A DNA stretch of 64,000 nt from the NCBI GenBank assembly GCA_053919585.1, contig CM132788.1. The stretch is one strand, 5' to 3'. Positions 1 to 13,969 of this stretch are shown here, piece after piece. The notes beneath the pieces were generated by a model. That model did no database searches, was not told the origin of the DNA, and worked only from the letters and a program-made list of their open reading frames with translations. Source of the DNA: Euprymna scolopes. Taxonomy: Eukaryota. Both the position numbers and the translations under genes were made by a program. Numbering within the stretch: position 1 is the stretch's first letter; each line of letters starts with the position of its first letter.

Positions 1-789
1 TGTAATTCTGGAAACTTAAAACAAAAAACTGCACACAGTTATATCAAATATATTGACATGATCGCCAAACTTTTGATAAGAGGATTGAACCCCCCCCCCC
101 AGCCTTTTTTTTTCACACACTAGCCTTTACTTCAAGATGAAGTTTAGTTTCCTTTCTCAATTTCTCCATGCTTTTTTCACAGGTTTTATTCTAACATTCA
201 GTGTGTTTAGTCATTGCATATTCATTAAACTGGGCCGACCTATTTGTTTTTAATCTCATTTCAATTGAGTGAATGAAGATAGATTTACCTTTGTGTTTGA
301 GTAGCTTCACAATGAATTGCCCATCTCTACCCATCGTAGTTGGCAAAAGTTTCTTTCAGGTGACCACTGTGTTTCTTTCTTAGAGGGCATATTGTTTATC
401 TTTCTGCAAATATCATTATCGATTCATTTTATGTGCAGGTTCGGGTGCATCCTCCATGCTGGTTGGCCTTCATCCAGGCAGCATACTAACTGCAAGTATG
501 GCTCTACACTTCAAAAAAAAAACAAAAAAAAACTATATCATGAGGATGAACTGCAGAGAGCTTCCACACTATACAATCTCTCTGAAGCTGTTCTTTCCAA
601 AGCCAAATTAGATTGATCTCTCCCCTGCTTACAAAGGATTTCTAGATTTTTAGTTATCTTCATGGCCTTATTCAAATGTTCTATGTGTCTATACTACTGC
701 ACTTCTTGTACACTCTGTACTTGCAACCATAGCAGAATTACAGACAAAAAACCGGAATCTGCCAGATTTCAAAAAAAGTTGAGAAAAAG

Positions 790-970
790 TAATCAGTCTT
801 CTCTCCTACACCACTGATCATGATTTTGGTCTTTGGTCTTTGCTGCATTCAGCCTAAGTCCTTTCTTTTCTGTAGCTTCCTGCTATACTGGAAGCTTCCA
901 AATGATTCCGCAATGATAAACATCTGCCCATAGGACACCAGTGTGAAATTTCTGTAACAGAGCCCTAATC
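790..970 (-). mobile_element. RTE-type RT fragment
   Basis: Reverse strand reads ...EKKGLRLNAAKTK..IMISGVG downstream of a decayed YADD region. Confidence 0.55.
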
Positions 971-1191
971 ATCATGATTAAATTAATGGGTGTGATCGAT
1001 TCATTGAATTACCATCACAATTTTTCTTGCGATAGCATCATATCTGATGATGCCAAATTAGCCTAGGAGGCCGAAAATGATCAAAACAAAGTCCAAATTA
1101 GCTATTATTATCTGTATGTTCTACCTGATGCTTGGTCTTCATTTAATTAGAAAAGTTGAATAAGAATAAATACGATACTTACATTCATATA

Positions 1192-1265
1192 TTAGGTTGG
1201 TGCAAAAATGTCGTTTTTGACGTATATATTGTATATGTATAAAAAACATTTTTGCACCAACCTAA
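1192..1265. mobile_element. 74-bp mariner MITE (MADE1-like)
   Basis: Perfect 20-bp TIR ttaggttggtgcaaaaatgt / acatttttgcaccaacctaa with TA on both sides. Confidence 0.85.
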
Positions 1266-2317
1266 TAATTTTGAATATTTTTGATTTTGAACATCTGGGA
1301 ATTTACTATTTTTTATTTTTTATTTCCAGTCATTTGGGGTGAAAAAAAAAAAATTCAAACTACCTCTAATCATTTCCCCTGCCCTTCAAATTTATGATGC
1401 ATTCCCAGCGCTCTCCGGCCAAAAACAGATGCGAAACAACTTGTAGAAAAATAAATGTTTTTATTTCTTTTCCAAAATGCTGCGACAACTAAAATCAATT
1501 GTTTGCGTGTAGCAACGAGAAACTTAGCGTCGATGTGGAACAGAGAGGCGGCGGTTGATGGTGGTCGGTGGACAATCGAGCGGTGTCCCAACAACCGGGC
1601 GCGCGTCTGTTTTCCCTCCTTCTGCCTCTAACAAGCTATCCGTATATATTGTTTATATCAGTCTCAAGTTCCCTGATGCACTTGTGATGTCAACAGCTTT
1701 AACCTGTGACCCCCATCAACATGTACATCCGGCCTCTGCTACCGTTGACAATCCAACACATGTAGATGTTTCCGCACGATGCACTGTGCGACATTTATAG
1801 TGTTCCTAAGCTTTATAAGAAATTCTTCTAATTTGTTTTTTGTTTTTTTTTTTCTTTTTTTATATTTTGTTACTGAATTTAGAGAGTCAAGAAGCAGATT
1901 TAGCTTAATAAAAACCTATTCAACCTGGTTTGACTAGCTTAAATCATTGTTTGGGGTTACCTTATATGTGAAATAGCTAAAATCCTTTTCCCAGCACAAA
2001 TTTTTTTTAACCTTTTCTGGCAAATTCTTGAAAAAAATCTTGCTGAAGGTTGTCATTTAAAAATTTTGATGTTTTGAAAGATATAACACACTGTGCAATG
2101 AGGCTTGTCTGCTTTTTTAGTAAATATTAAATGATGGAAAAAATATCACAGAGCCTTGAAAAAGCCCACTTGATTTTCCAGTCAGCATATAACAAATATA
2201 TGGCATAAATTATTACTCATGATTAGTCAATCAAGTATTTGTCTTGCCTTGAATAGAAACTGGTTGAACAAAAACACCTTTTCAAAACACTAATTCTTTC
2301 TGATTAGCTAAGATAAA

Positions 2318-2788
2318 TCCTCTATAATATAAATCTCACCTGTCTGTTTAAATGTATATATGTATGCCTGCCTAAAACTTTCGACAGAGACGACGGATTT
2401 TCATGAAATCAGTGTCCTTTTGCAGCTCGATTCTTTGGACGGCGAATAACGAAAAATTGGCCAAAAACATTAATTCTTTCACCCTCAACTGGGCACTTTT
2501 CTACAGGGAGGGGTCGATTTTTTTTTTCAGATATTTTCGAAAGTCATTGCCTCTTTTCTATTGTCTAGCCTTAATTTAAACCTACGTCACTTCCGGTTTG
2601 GCAATGGGTGCAACAGCAAAGACGTCATTTTTTTTTTTTTTTCTCCCCACATTCTTTTCCTCCTTTGCAGTACAGGTTTGAGCCTGCCTGCCTACTACCA
2701 CTTTTCTTCTATTTTTTTTTTTTTTTTTTTTTTTTTTTGCTCAATACACACCTCCAAACACCCGGGCAATGCCGGGCACCCAGGCTAG
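2318..2788 (+). mobile_element. Non-autonomous Helitron-like element
   Basis: A|TC start; 3' hairpin cccgggcaatgccggg followed by CTAG|T. Confidence 0.7.
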
Positions 2789-3346
2789 TCTTTTATAAAA
2801 TGATTGAATCTTCATTATTCGGTCAGAAAATACTTGAAAAGGAGATACTGCATAAGACTTTGATTTTATTCTAACATGTCAAGTCTTGTGAATTTATTTT
2901 ATACTTTTATTATTGTTAACAATGTCTAGAACCATACTGGTGGTGGGGGTGGCATGATTATTCTAATATCTTCACAAATTATGAACTTATGCTATTTTAA
3001 AATCCTAGATCAGATCAACTGTGGTTATATAAACACTAATACTGGTTAGGAAGATATAAGCCCACAACCCTCTTCCATGAAGGTGAGGGGAATTAACATC
3101 TTATGTTCAATTAATCATTTATGATGAATCCTTATGATCAGTGTTGTGTTGCAGAAAAAGGGTTGATATAGAATTGACAAATGGAAGAGGAGGAGGAAGT
3201 GTCCTTAGCCACTGATTGTTGTTTTTTTAGCAAATCAATCATATTGTGATATCTATTTAAATAAATCTAAAGTTTGGGTGTGGATTTTAAAAAGAAAAAC
3301 GTATAAATGACATTTTATCTAAATTCTGATAAAGACATCGTTTCAG

Positions 3347-3377
3347 CCATTTTATGCGTAGTTGGAGAACCAGTCAG
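3347..3377 (+). CDS. Candidate 31-nt small exon (x-HFMRSWRTSQ)
   Basis: atcgtttcag|CCATTTTATGCGTAGTTGGAGAACCAGTCAG|gtaaca: ends in phase 0 if entered in phase 2. The pyrimidine tract is short. Confidence 0.33.
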
Positions 3378-3616
3378 GTAACATGATTAAATTGTAACAG
3401 TTGGGTTGCAAGCATTACCATGGTTTGTTCCACTTGAACTTCATTCAATAATTCATAAACTGACATTTCTATCAACGAATTCTTCTTGAATTATTAAAAA
3501 TGTCTTTTTACCTCTATACAGGTAACATAAAATGGTCTGTTATTGGTCCCCCAACAAAGGAGTGATTGGATCTAGTAATTCACTTTCGTTGGCACTTTGC
3601 TCAATAATTACTCCTT

Positions 3617-3661
<45 letters not shown>

Positions 3662-6600
3662 GCACAAACATTAGTCATGATGAAAGTAAAATTTTTCCAA
3701 AACGGATTTTCCGTGATAACTCTGGTTGCTCCCCCCCCCCCCCCCCGAGCTATTATAGGGTTAAAATTGCTCCAAAGTCATTTATTCATTCGTTTGTTTG
3801 TACTTTTCTCAAAAACCTCGCTTTGAATTTTCTTTTTTTTTATACACAAACATTAGTCTGAAAGTAAATTTTTCACTTGTAGGAAGGGGGGGGGTCTCAC
3901 ATGCTCAGCTTGTTTTACTATCTAATTTACATAGGTGTTTATAGTGTGTATGTATATACTATATAAATTAGGCGGAAAGAATCCTTTCTCTAATTGTATA
4001 CAGATATCAATGGTAAAAGGAGATTGACAGAAATACATACATAAAAGATAGGTGACTGATCAGTTAATTATAAATCATGGCTTATTAGAACAATTAAAAT
4101 AGACTTTTTTCAAGCATAACTCAATCTCAGAACTAAAGTACATTTAGCATGTATTTTGTACTGTTAAAGTATCTAGGAAAATACCTTTTTAGGAAACACT
4201 GAACTCGCATACTTCATACTTGTAAAATAAAAAATAATATTGTGGCAAAGTATGTTGATTTTATTCTGTCCTTTGAAAGAAAAAAAAATACTTTTGAGGC
4301 TTTCATTTCTCTAAACATTTTTTTTTTTTAACTTTGAACAACATTTATATTATTTATATTGTCCTTTGATGACATGTTTGTACATGTCCAGCAGCAGCTT
4401 ATGGAAAATTGTAGGTTTGAATTGAAAAGAAAATTTCTTCATTAATACAAAGTCTTCAACATATATGTTTTTAGTACTGTTAAGTTGTCCAGTTATTAAA
4501 TTATTAGAACAAGATCTTTCTTGGTAAAAACTTGTACATATGAAAAACAATGAATACAATTTTTCCTTTCGATGACACTCAAGTTTGCATAGGTAATGTC
4601 ATTATTAGATTGATAGTCACTAAATGTAAATAAGATTATTAAGTGAAACAATTTATGTACAGGGCTGGAAACAAAATTTACAATAGATAAGGAGATCCCT
4701 TTGAACACAGTTTAAATCCTGTAATAATGATGTTTCTTATATTACACAATGCATACTAATACTACATATTAACAGCACTAACAAGAGAAAATCAAACAGT
4801 AGTGATGCCATAAAGTACATTTATTACTGCTTATTTTAAAATGTACAAAGAAAAAAGCATTAATATGTAAGATTTTTTGAGCCTCAAAGTTAACAACCAT
4901 CTTTGTTATTGCATGGACCATATTCACTGGTTTATACATATTCACTAGATGAGATGAAAGCTAAAGTTTGGTTGTCTTCTAACTAATTTAGAAATGAGTC
5001 TGAGAGAGGAAGGGGTTGTCTTTATATTAACTTGTTCTTTCTTCTGTCAACCCGGAAGTCTACTGATGGTTTCAGTTAGGTCAAGTGTGTTTGTCAGGAT
5101 TATTTACAAAAAAAAAAAATTAAAAAAATAACAATCCGGCAACTCAAACCGTTAAATGAGTGCTAATCTTCAAATATACTGTTTAAACTCTCTTAATCTC
5201 GAACAAGGCTGTTCACACTTTTGGGTCTGCAAGATACTTGAAAAATGACTTTCAAAATAATTTATCTATATAAAGAAAATACAAAAATATTTTATTTATG
5301 CACAATGAAAGAAATATCTTACATTATGTGATCAATTTAAAACTATTTAATTAAAAAAAGTTTTTAACTTTTGATTAAAAATTGAAAAGATTTCACGTTC
5401 TCTAAAAAATCACACCTTTCCCATCAAGCATTTTTTTTGTAGACAAATATTGTGTATAATATAATTAAGATATTTTATTTTTATGGCAGTTCAAGTTCGA
5501 ACGTAAAATTTTAAATTAAGTTTTTGAAAGCATGTTATAATTTCAAACAAGATTATTTAATTAATCTTGTAACCAAACCACACCATAATTCAATTAAACT
5601 TTACAAAAATATCTTTTAAAGGAGGAGAGCATGCAACAGCCATAAAACATTGTATCATGTTTACTTTAACATGGAATAAGCAAAAAGTTTCATAGCATTT
5701 AAATTTTAGCATTTTGTAAGATGTTCAAATTTTTTTTTTTTTTTTTTTTTTTTCAAAAATGATTTTTAGCTACCATATATTTCTTTGATTTTCTGAATTT
5801 TTTTTTATTTTATCTTTATTTATTTATTTATTTACTTTGAAGAATTAAGGAAAAGTGCAAAGGAGTGTGGGGGAGGGGAGTCAACGAGTGAAACGAAAAA
5901 TAAAATTAAAGACTTACGGAGATAGAGTATTTGATATTTGCTAATCATTGACTATATCAAAAAATTAAAAAAAAATTTCTAGAAAATATTCGTATAAAAT
6001 AGTACTTGTATTGTTTCAATAATTTTCTCTTTCATTATCTGATGGAATTTAAAGTTTTTCCAAACTCTGTTGATTTCAACTCAACAATCATATTGTTAGA
6101 TAATCAAGTTGGGATGCCAATTTTTTTTACTAATATTTGAATTCTTTAGTTCTTACTTCAATTTCCCAGTGTCGAAAAACATTTCCACCTGGGGGGGGGG
6201 CATAAGTAGTGGAATGGATAACTACACAAAGTAGTGGAATTGGCCAAACAGAGTCCAAATCCAGTCAACTCTATTGCATTTATTCGTACTATAATACCAT
6301 TGACCATTGGAATGAGTATAAACTCCCTTTTGGGTTAAATAGCAACTTGTGTTTTATGTATTACTTACAATGGCTATCATTATTTGACATTAGGTGAAGC
6401 CCAAATGTGCTGATATGCCATAAATTGATAGCACAAATTGGGATTGTTTCATTTGGTATATGCTAAAATAATTTTTTATTTTTTTACCCCACCTCTTCTT
6501 GCAATGTTATGTTGAGGGATATTTTAATGAGGTTAAAACAAACTGCTATCTTTTCATATACCATTCTTATGGTTTTAAAGCTTGCCTGTGTTGTATTTTT

Positions 6601-7291
6601 TATACTTCCCCACATTTAATGCAAATATAAAATTCAGAAGAATAATAAATCACAGTAACAGTTGGAACTTACTCATTGGAGCATTGAGTTTTAAATCTAA
6701 ATATTAAAATATGACTGTGGGACCTATCTAGTGTAAGGAAGATGATTTGCTTTTAAACTAAACTATGCAAATTACCATATATTTTTTTTAACAAAGACTT
6801 GATTTAGCTATTAAACTTTATAAATTTAATTTTTTTTCAATTTGATAACATCCCCCTCCTTTCAAAAATAATACATGCCATCTTTGTCAGTAGATAAAGC
6901 TTATTTGGGATTTTGTTAACCCTATGCCTGAAGGCTGGAGGAGTTTTATAATCTGGCTTTAAATTTCAAATGTTTTGGAACCCAGTATAAACGAGTACTT
7001 CAGCTAAAATAAAATATTGTCCTTACTGTGTGTCTGTTTTCAGCAATTTCAAGAAGGAAAAGCCATAGTGAAAACTTCTGTGATTTGCTGAATTTCCTTG
7101 ATTTTAATTTTTTGCAAAAGAATTTCTCTTACAGGAGATAGACAGTTGCTCTCTAAGTCATCTGGTCTTGGAATCAAAGGCGCTATGAATGTCTTAGACT
7201 CCGTGATGTGCAACATCAGATAATATTTCACAACTGCTTTCCATGTGGTCCAATCTAAAGGGTTAATATCAGTCTCACTCTATGCAGTCAT

Positions 7292-7480
7292 GTTTTTTTG
7301 TTTTTTTTTTTTTGTTTTTTTTATTCAATTTTCACCCCAAACAAGGCACAGTGCCACTTTGAAGCAGGGGACTACTATTAGGGAATTAATTAGCGGGGTC
7401 ATTATGAAGGGAGAAGAGTAGAAAGACGTTTGTTAACATTACACTTGAACTTCTGCATATCATTGCAGTTGGGAAAGCAG
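7292..7480 (-). mobile_element. 3' end fragment of CR1/Crack LINE family 1
   Basis: ccaaacaaggcacagtgccacttt and cacttgaacttctgcat match the 3' ends at 9870 and 37110; T-rich tail. Confidence 0.8.
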
Positions 7481-9062
7481 AACTTTTTGCACAAGCTAGA
7501 TCTTCCTCTCGTTGCTCCTTTTTCCCCACTGACATGTGAATTCACCGTACATACAAAATAACTCCAAGTAAAAAAATCTTCTTGCCAACAAACGAAATAC
7601 CAGCTTTTTATATGCTCAAATTCAATTGCGTCTTAATTTGCATGTGTCACTTTTTTGTTTCCTATCAGTCAGGTTTCAAGTTTGAGTGTCACACACACCA
7701 CTCTCGGACGCTTGTTTCCATGACTGTTGCTACAGTTTACTATGTTTCTTAGTAACTGGAATATCCAGGCATGCTGTGGAGTTGATGCAAACATTAAATA
7801 TCTGCATTATCTGATCTTGACTAGTTGATTTGGTTTTGAGAGAGTAGAAATAGCATTACAAGCGTATGCTGTATTTTCGTGGACATCGGCAATATTACAT
7901 ACCTAATGTGCTTCAACAAGTCATATCTTTTTTATTTGTGAGTCAATTTTTAAAAGAATTACATTGCTGGAAAGAGAATAGAGTAAGCCTTCCAATGATG
8001 TCAATTTATTTTTCTTTTATGTGTTCAATGTTTTAAAAATGAAAAAAAAAAAAATGTTTAAAAATGACAGCGAAAAGGGAAACTGTTTGTTCAATGTTTA
8101 CATTTTGTACATTACCTTTGGATACACATGCGTGGGATCAAATTTGATTGGATATGGCTGAAATTTTACAGGCTATATAAGCATAGAAGTCCACCTCTAC
8201 TAGACTTTGATTTATATTTTTACGACCACAGAAAGCAAAGTTACGACTGATCAAAGTTGACAAATATTTAAATATTGATCAGATAAATCGGTATATATCA
8301 TCCATTTTCATATAGATAATAGTTTCAGAATTATTTTCCTGTGTAATATGTAAATATTTGATAATTATTAATTGTGGGGAAATTTCTTTAAAATGTTATC
8401 TATTATAGAAATTCAAATCTGCTTGAGGAGGAAAACGGCTAGCTATGCGCTCAGCTGACTAAGGTCAGCGCATTATCCAATTTCGTTGTATAGTCATAAA
8501 AATAAAAATAAAAATTTTTCTGCTTTCAAAATGAAACCAGAAAAATCAGTTTCATTTTTTATTCTGAGTTTGTCAATTTAAAAAAAATTATTTCCAAGTT
8601 TTTCAAATTTGATTTCCAAACAATATTTTGTTTTTAACGCCTTTAGTACACATGTACTAAAAGCGTTAAAAAACAACAAAATGTACTAAGTACATGCGTT
8701 TCTGTTATCATGGTATTTATAACTTCTTAGTTGTACATAAGGTAGAATTATTTTTTAGTGGCAAAAAAAAAATATATATATATATAACAAATAAAAAGTA
8801 CTTGCGCACTTATGCTACCGTGCTGAAATAATAACGTTATTATTTAGAAACCCATTCTTAACATGGGGAAGGAAGGGTGTTTTGTTAACTATTTTGTACT
8901 TTCACCTAACAATTAAATAAAATATATTATGAAACTTGAATTTATTTTTAACTCCTTGTCAAGACAATTTTTCAAAACAAACCCATATTTTTTTTAACTG
9001 AGGATATCTAAATAATAATTAGGCTGTTCGATAAAGAATTTCATTGTGATGCATTTTGTAAA

Positions 9063-9406
9063 TTTTTACTTTGTTTCCACGTTACCATTTTTCTTTAAAA
9101 TGATTACCTTTAAAGGTTGTCATATGCTGAAAACGAATATCGCATTTAAATTTTCCGCAAATAAGTAGCTTTCCGGATATTAAGCAATCTCATTTCTTAT
9201 GTTATTGCTGATGGTCATCTTGGCAAGTGCGTTTGTGCGCTCACACGTACCAAGATGTCCACCAGCAATAACATAAGAAATGACATTGCTTAATATCCAG
9301 AAAGCTACTTATTTGCGGAAAATATAAATGCGATATTCGTTTTCAGCATACCCGAAAACCTGAAAAGGTAGTCATTTTAAATGTTAAGGTGGAAACAAAG
9401 TAAAAA
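9063..9406. repeat. Foldback element with ~160-bp imperfect inverted arms and a 26-nt loop
   Basis: atgctgaaaacgaatatcgcattt...catcttgg / ccaagatg...aaatgcgatattcgttttcagcat. Confidence 0.9.
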
Positions 9407-9846
9407 AAAAAAAAAAAAAAATTACGGGTTTATTTCTTTGTTTACATAGTTGAATTTTCAGTAAAACAACAGAATAGAAATGACGAAAATTACCATCAAC
9501 TGGTGAATATATAGTTGTTGCTTATCAGGATTTATGGTTGCATCTCAGAAAATAGTATATTTTGGGCCAGATAGAGAGGATTTACAAAACTGAAAATTGG
9601 ACTGGTCCCAAAATGTATAAGTTCTAGGTCAACTCTGGGAATTTCCATCTTTTACAGAAATCCAAAATCTACATGAACAATTTTCTTTGCTTTATTTCTG
9701 AGATTAATTCATATATTTTTTTCTTTGAGAGGAGTAGTAAATACCGGCCATGAATGCTCTTTAGGCGTTCAATGGCTACACCCCAGATTAAGCTCTCCTT
9801 TGGTGATGAGGCAGGAAAATGCTTGCTCTCAAAGCTATATTTAACT

Positions 9847-10718
9847 ATTTTTTTTTTTTTTTTTTTACTCCAAACAAGGCACATTGCCACTTTGGTGTAG
9901 GGCGCTACTATCAGGAGCAACAACTAGTGGGATACTATGTAGGGATTTGGGCAGCAAGATGTTGGTTCACATTATACTTGAACTTCTGCATGTCAGTACA
10001 GTTGGGGAAGTAGGGACCTGGAATGGAATTCCAGAGTCTAGCGGTTCTGGAGAAGAAACTACTGGAATAGAAAGATCTTTTATATCTAGGGATCTCTACT
10101 GTGTGGGGGTGGGATTTAGCTGCTGGTCGGGTTTGTTGAAGGTGTCTATTTTGTGGGGGCACAAGTGTCTGCAGTTCGCCAGAGCATTCACCATTACTTG
10201 TAGAACAGGCAGAGTGATGCAACATTTCGTCGATAGGACAGAGGCTGAAGCTTAGATGCCAGTTCAGGGCCTATCAGATTGGCGACTCTCTTTTGAACCT
10301 TGTCTAGGAGCGAGAGACTAGTAGCAGATACACCAGCCTAAATGTGACAGCAATACTCCATACATGGGCGAATGGTGGTCTTACAGAGGTACAGAATACT
10401 TTCTAGTATTAGTAGTTTTCTAGCACGGTAGAGAGAGCCTACCTTCTTTGCAGCGGCCCTGGCAATGATTTCAATATAATTGTTCCAACTCCTGTTTCCT
10501 GTGAACGTTAGGCCAAGCAGTTTGAAAGATGTACTCTCAGATAAAGAGTCACTGGCCATTGCTATTGGTGGTAGAGAAGGTTTCTTGTAATTATTGAAGG
10601 AAACTAGTTTAGTCTTGGCAGCATTGAATGTGACTATCCATTTTTGTCCCCATTCCACTACAGATTGAAGGTCATCCTCTAGTGTTTTTGCCATTTCTTT
10701 AGAAATGTTGAGGTCCAT
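9847..10718 (-). mobile_element. 5'-truncated CR1/Crack-type LINE (family 1), RT C-terminus, 3'UTR and poly(A)
   Basis: Track peptides ...LEDDLQSVVEWGQKWIVTFNAAKTK...IRPCMEYCCHI and ...SFFSRTARLWNSIP...MQKFKYNVN; T-run at the low-coordinate end. Confidence 0.9.
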
Positions 10719-11656
10719 AATTTAGCTCACTTTTTCTAAAGATAAATGTCCACGGAAAAGCATAAATTTTGGCACTTAAAATTCTCATAGCTTTTGAACT
10801 ACTGATGGTATTTGCATAATTCGAATGGTTTTAAGCATCTTTTATATAGCTCTCTTCATGCAAGTTGAAAAAAAATAACAATTATCTAAAAAGAAAAAAT
10901 CAACTTGTCATGCTAGTAGAAAAATAAACTGCATAAAATAAAACTTGATTTTATTAAAGGTTTAAATACCAGACAGCTCTTATTTTTTGTTGGTTAGTTG
11001 AATATTAGTAATTAGATTGTCTTCCACCCACTCCTTTTTGTTTTGACCTTTTGTAAACCAAGTTGTGAAAATATGACCTTCATTAAATTCTGTTTCTATT
11101 TATTTGTAAAATTACTTGGATGGGGGCCTATAACAGAGCGTGGATGAACGTATGCAAATGTATGCGAAATGACATTGTAAGAAAAAAAACTATAAAAAGG
11201 ATAAAGCATGTGAAACATCACAGCCGTAACAAGAAGTTACATGTGGCAGGAGAATGAGGAAATAAGTCATTGCACGAAAAAATGAGTTATTCTTTGTCGC
11301 GGTCTCTTTTGCGATGTAGACTGCTACAGTGTGTTGAGTCTACGAGTATACCATCACGGGTCCATCAGTGTAGATGATGTGCCTCTCCCTCTCTATCTGC
11401 ATGTTTATAAAAAAGAACTGATAATGAATTCCATGGAAATTTCCATAGTTAAATAAAAGAAATAGGTTTTAAATATCCTTATGTAATTATATGCAGTGTT
11501 CAGAAGGTTTCTATTCACCAACATCTTTATTAAATTAATTATAGAAAATGAAAATGATAAACAATGTTGAAAATGATACCTTGTATCAAGTATTAATATA
11601 GTCAGTTTTTATTTATTTTTTTTTTTTCAAAGAGTTTTTTATATGAAAGTTGCCGT

Positions 11657-12062
11657 TTTTTTTTTTGTTTTTTTTTTGTTTTTTTGTACATGGGAGTTGC
11701 CACTAATCAGGGCCTGAAAGCCACTCAAGGATAAGGGTTAATGAATGTAGTTGTCACTGAGACAAGTGTATTAATAGTTAGTGGTAGAAACGGATTATTT
11801 GGAGTGGCTCAACAAGAATTTGTTCACATTGGACATGAAGACGACCATATTGTAGTCAGCTGGAAAGCAGACCAGCAGAACAGAATTCCACAAGCAGGCA
11901 GTTTTCTAGGAAAGAAGCTTTGTTTATGGAATTTGTTTATATTGAGTCACAGATAGAGAGAAACTGTTGATAGTTGTTGTAGCTAGACGAGTGTTTTTTG
12001 TGAAAGTTTGGCAAAGGGTGAGGGTATAGATTGAAACAGATGAGCACTTGCCATGAAAATAG
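11657..12062 (-). mobile_element. 3' fragment of CR1/Crack LINE family 2
   Basis: Aligns by eye with 45550-45920 (ccactcaaggataagggttaatga; gagcacttgccatgaaaata); T-rich tail. Confidence 0.8.
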
Positions 12063-12402
12063 TGGGTTTTTTCTTTTCTTTTTTTCCTGACTACCTTATG
12101 AGCAGTTCCACAAGCAATATGTTAATTCTCCATTAACTTTCGTCATAATTTTCTTAGACTTTGCTACATGCTGTTAGAAATATCCAATGTTTTTTTAGCT
12201 GACCTTTAACAGCGTTTAGCGTTGTTTACTGATCATGTTTTCCAAAAATTTATCAACCCGGTTATGAACTGCATTGCAATGTGTATCCGTGAATTTATGA
12301 GCAAAACAGATTCCAAATCTGTATCTGCCACTTTCTTGAAATGTGTTCAACAAGAAATACATGTTCTTCAGTTATTGAAACAATATTGGGGTAAAATCTA
12401 AA

Positions 12403-12434
<32 letters not shown>

Positions 12435-12981
12435 ATGAATAAAGTAATTTATCGATTTCATACAGTTTTTGAGTTTTAATACAAATCCACAAATGAGGAT
12501 TGAGTACAATTTCAATATTTGTATACTCTATAATTTCAATAAGAAAACTGAAAATTATTGATTAGTCAAGATTTGTTTTAGCTTTTATATTCTTAAATCG
12601 AATCTCCGAAATTAAAATTTGCATCTTTGAAAGTTCTCAAATCTTTTATTGATTTTTTTTTTTCTCAAGGTTAGAACTTCAAAAGATCTAAAATAACCTT
12701 GCACCTTTTTTTTTTTTTTTTTTTTCAATTCCAATATTACATCTAAGTGTCAGTTTCATTTTTATTAATAAATCTGGCATACTGAATCATGAAAAGATAA
12801 ACCATTTCTTTTATTAAAGTTAACTTCATGCAAAGCAGATACAAGAATTCTGCTGCCATTTTCCTTGGAAATGTTGAGAACCGAAACTTGAGTTTTCAGT
12901 TCCTTTCAATAATGTTTGTCTAAATGTCTATTTGTTTTGCTGTTAACATAAAAATTCACATGCACACAGACATTATATATA

Positions 12982-13591
12982 TCAACTATTATAGAAAAGG
13001 AACTTTTTATCTGTGAGTTTCTTCCCTATTTTCATGAAATTTCACACAAAGGTGCTTTATGTGCCTGACAGTGTTCTTAGATAGGTTTTGTGTCAGAATG
13101 TCCTGGGTAAGTACTGATAATCGAAATAACCTGATGAAAGTAACAGGTGATTTTGACCAAAGTTAACTTACATAAGTGTATTTGAGAAGTTTTATTACCA
13201 CACAAGCCGAAAGGCCCAACATATAAAATCAACAGTAGGTTCTTTGATATGACAGTGGCATGTTAGAAATTGTTTCTGTTTAGAGCACAATTGAAGCATG
13301 ATACTCAACTTTTTCATTTAACTTTAATGCAAGCTATTAGATATAAAATAATTCTATAAAATTAACACTAGGTTCTCTACAGTGCAATGTAGATTGCAAT
13401 ATATTGTGAACTTGAGTCACTGTGAGGGGCATATGAAGCTCCCTCCAGGTGCATCATGATGACTCCCCAATTAGCAGACAATCAATTTGATTAAAAAGTC
13501 GTCTATTTCAATTTCGATGACAATAAAAATATGGGAATGGGAAACATTTGATTATCATTCGATTCTCGGCAACGTCAGGTTACCCTGCTAG
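12982..13591 (+). mobile_element. Non-autonomous Helitron-like element
   Basis: A|TC start; attttcatgaaat shared with the 2318 element; 3' end ggcaacgtcaggttaccctgCTAG|T. Confidence 0.6.
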
Positions 13592-13611
13592 TGTGTATGT
13601 GTATATATATA

Positions 13612-13969
13612 TGATGTCAATTGACCAAAGCCAAACACGTCACTTAAGACCTGGAATGGGAACAATTGATGATGACTTGATCATAGCAAGCGGCAAAAGT
13701 GAAATGGCAACAGAAGTTGGAAATCATTCATGGAATTTCTAACCTAAAACTGAGACAAGACAAAAATAGAAAATTTGTATATATATATATATATATATAT
13801 ATACAAATTTTCTATTTTTGTCTTGTCTCAGTTTTAGGTTAGAAATTCCATGAATGATTTCCAACTTCTGTTGCCATTTCACTTTTGCCGCTTGCTATGA
13901 TCAAGTCATCATCAATTGTTCCCATTCCAGGTCTTAAGTGACGTGTTTGGCTTTGGTCAATTGACATCA
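13612..13969. repeat. Perfect 358-bp palindrome centred on (TA)13
   Basis: The arms are exact reverse complements from tgatgtcaattgacc to ggtcaattgacatca; centre at 13790/13791. Confidence 0.95.

Noticed and set aside
290-520. hAT transposase fragment on the minus strand
   Set aside because: Only a vague C..H..N...DI resemblance with frameshifts; too weak to call.
1395-1620. CpG-rich patch as a promoter
   Set aside because: It is short with no linked first exon, and is more likely the interior of a transposon.
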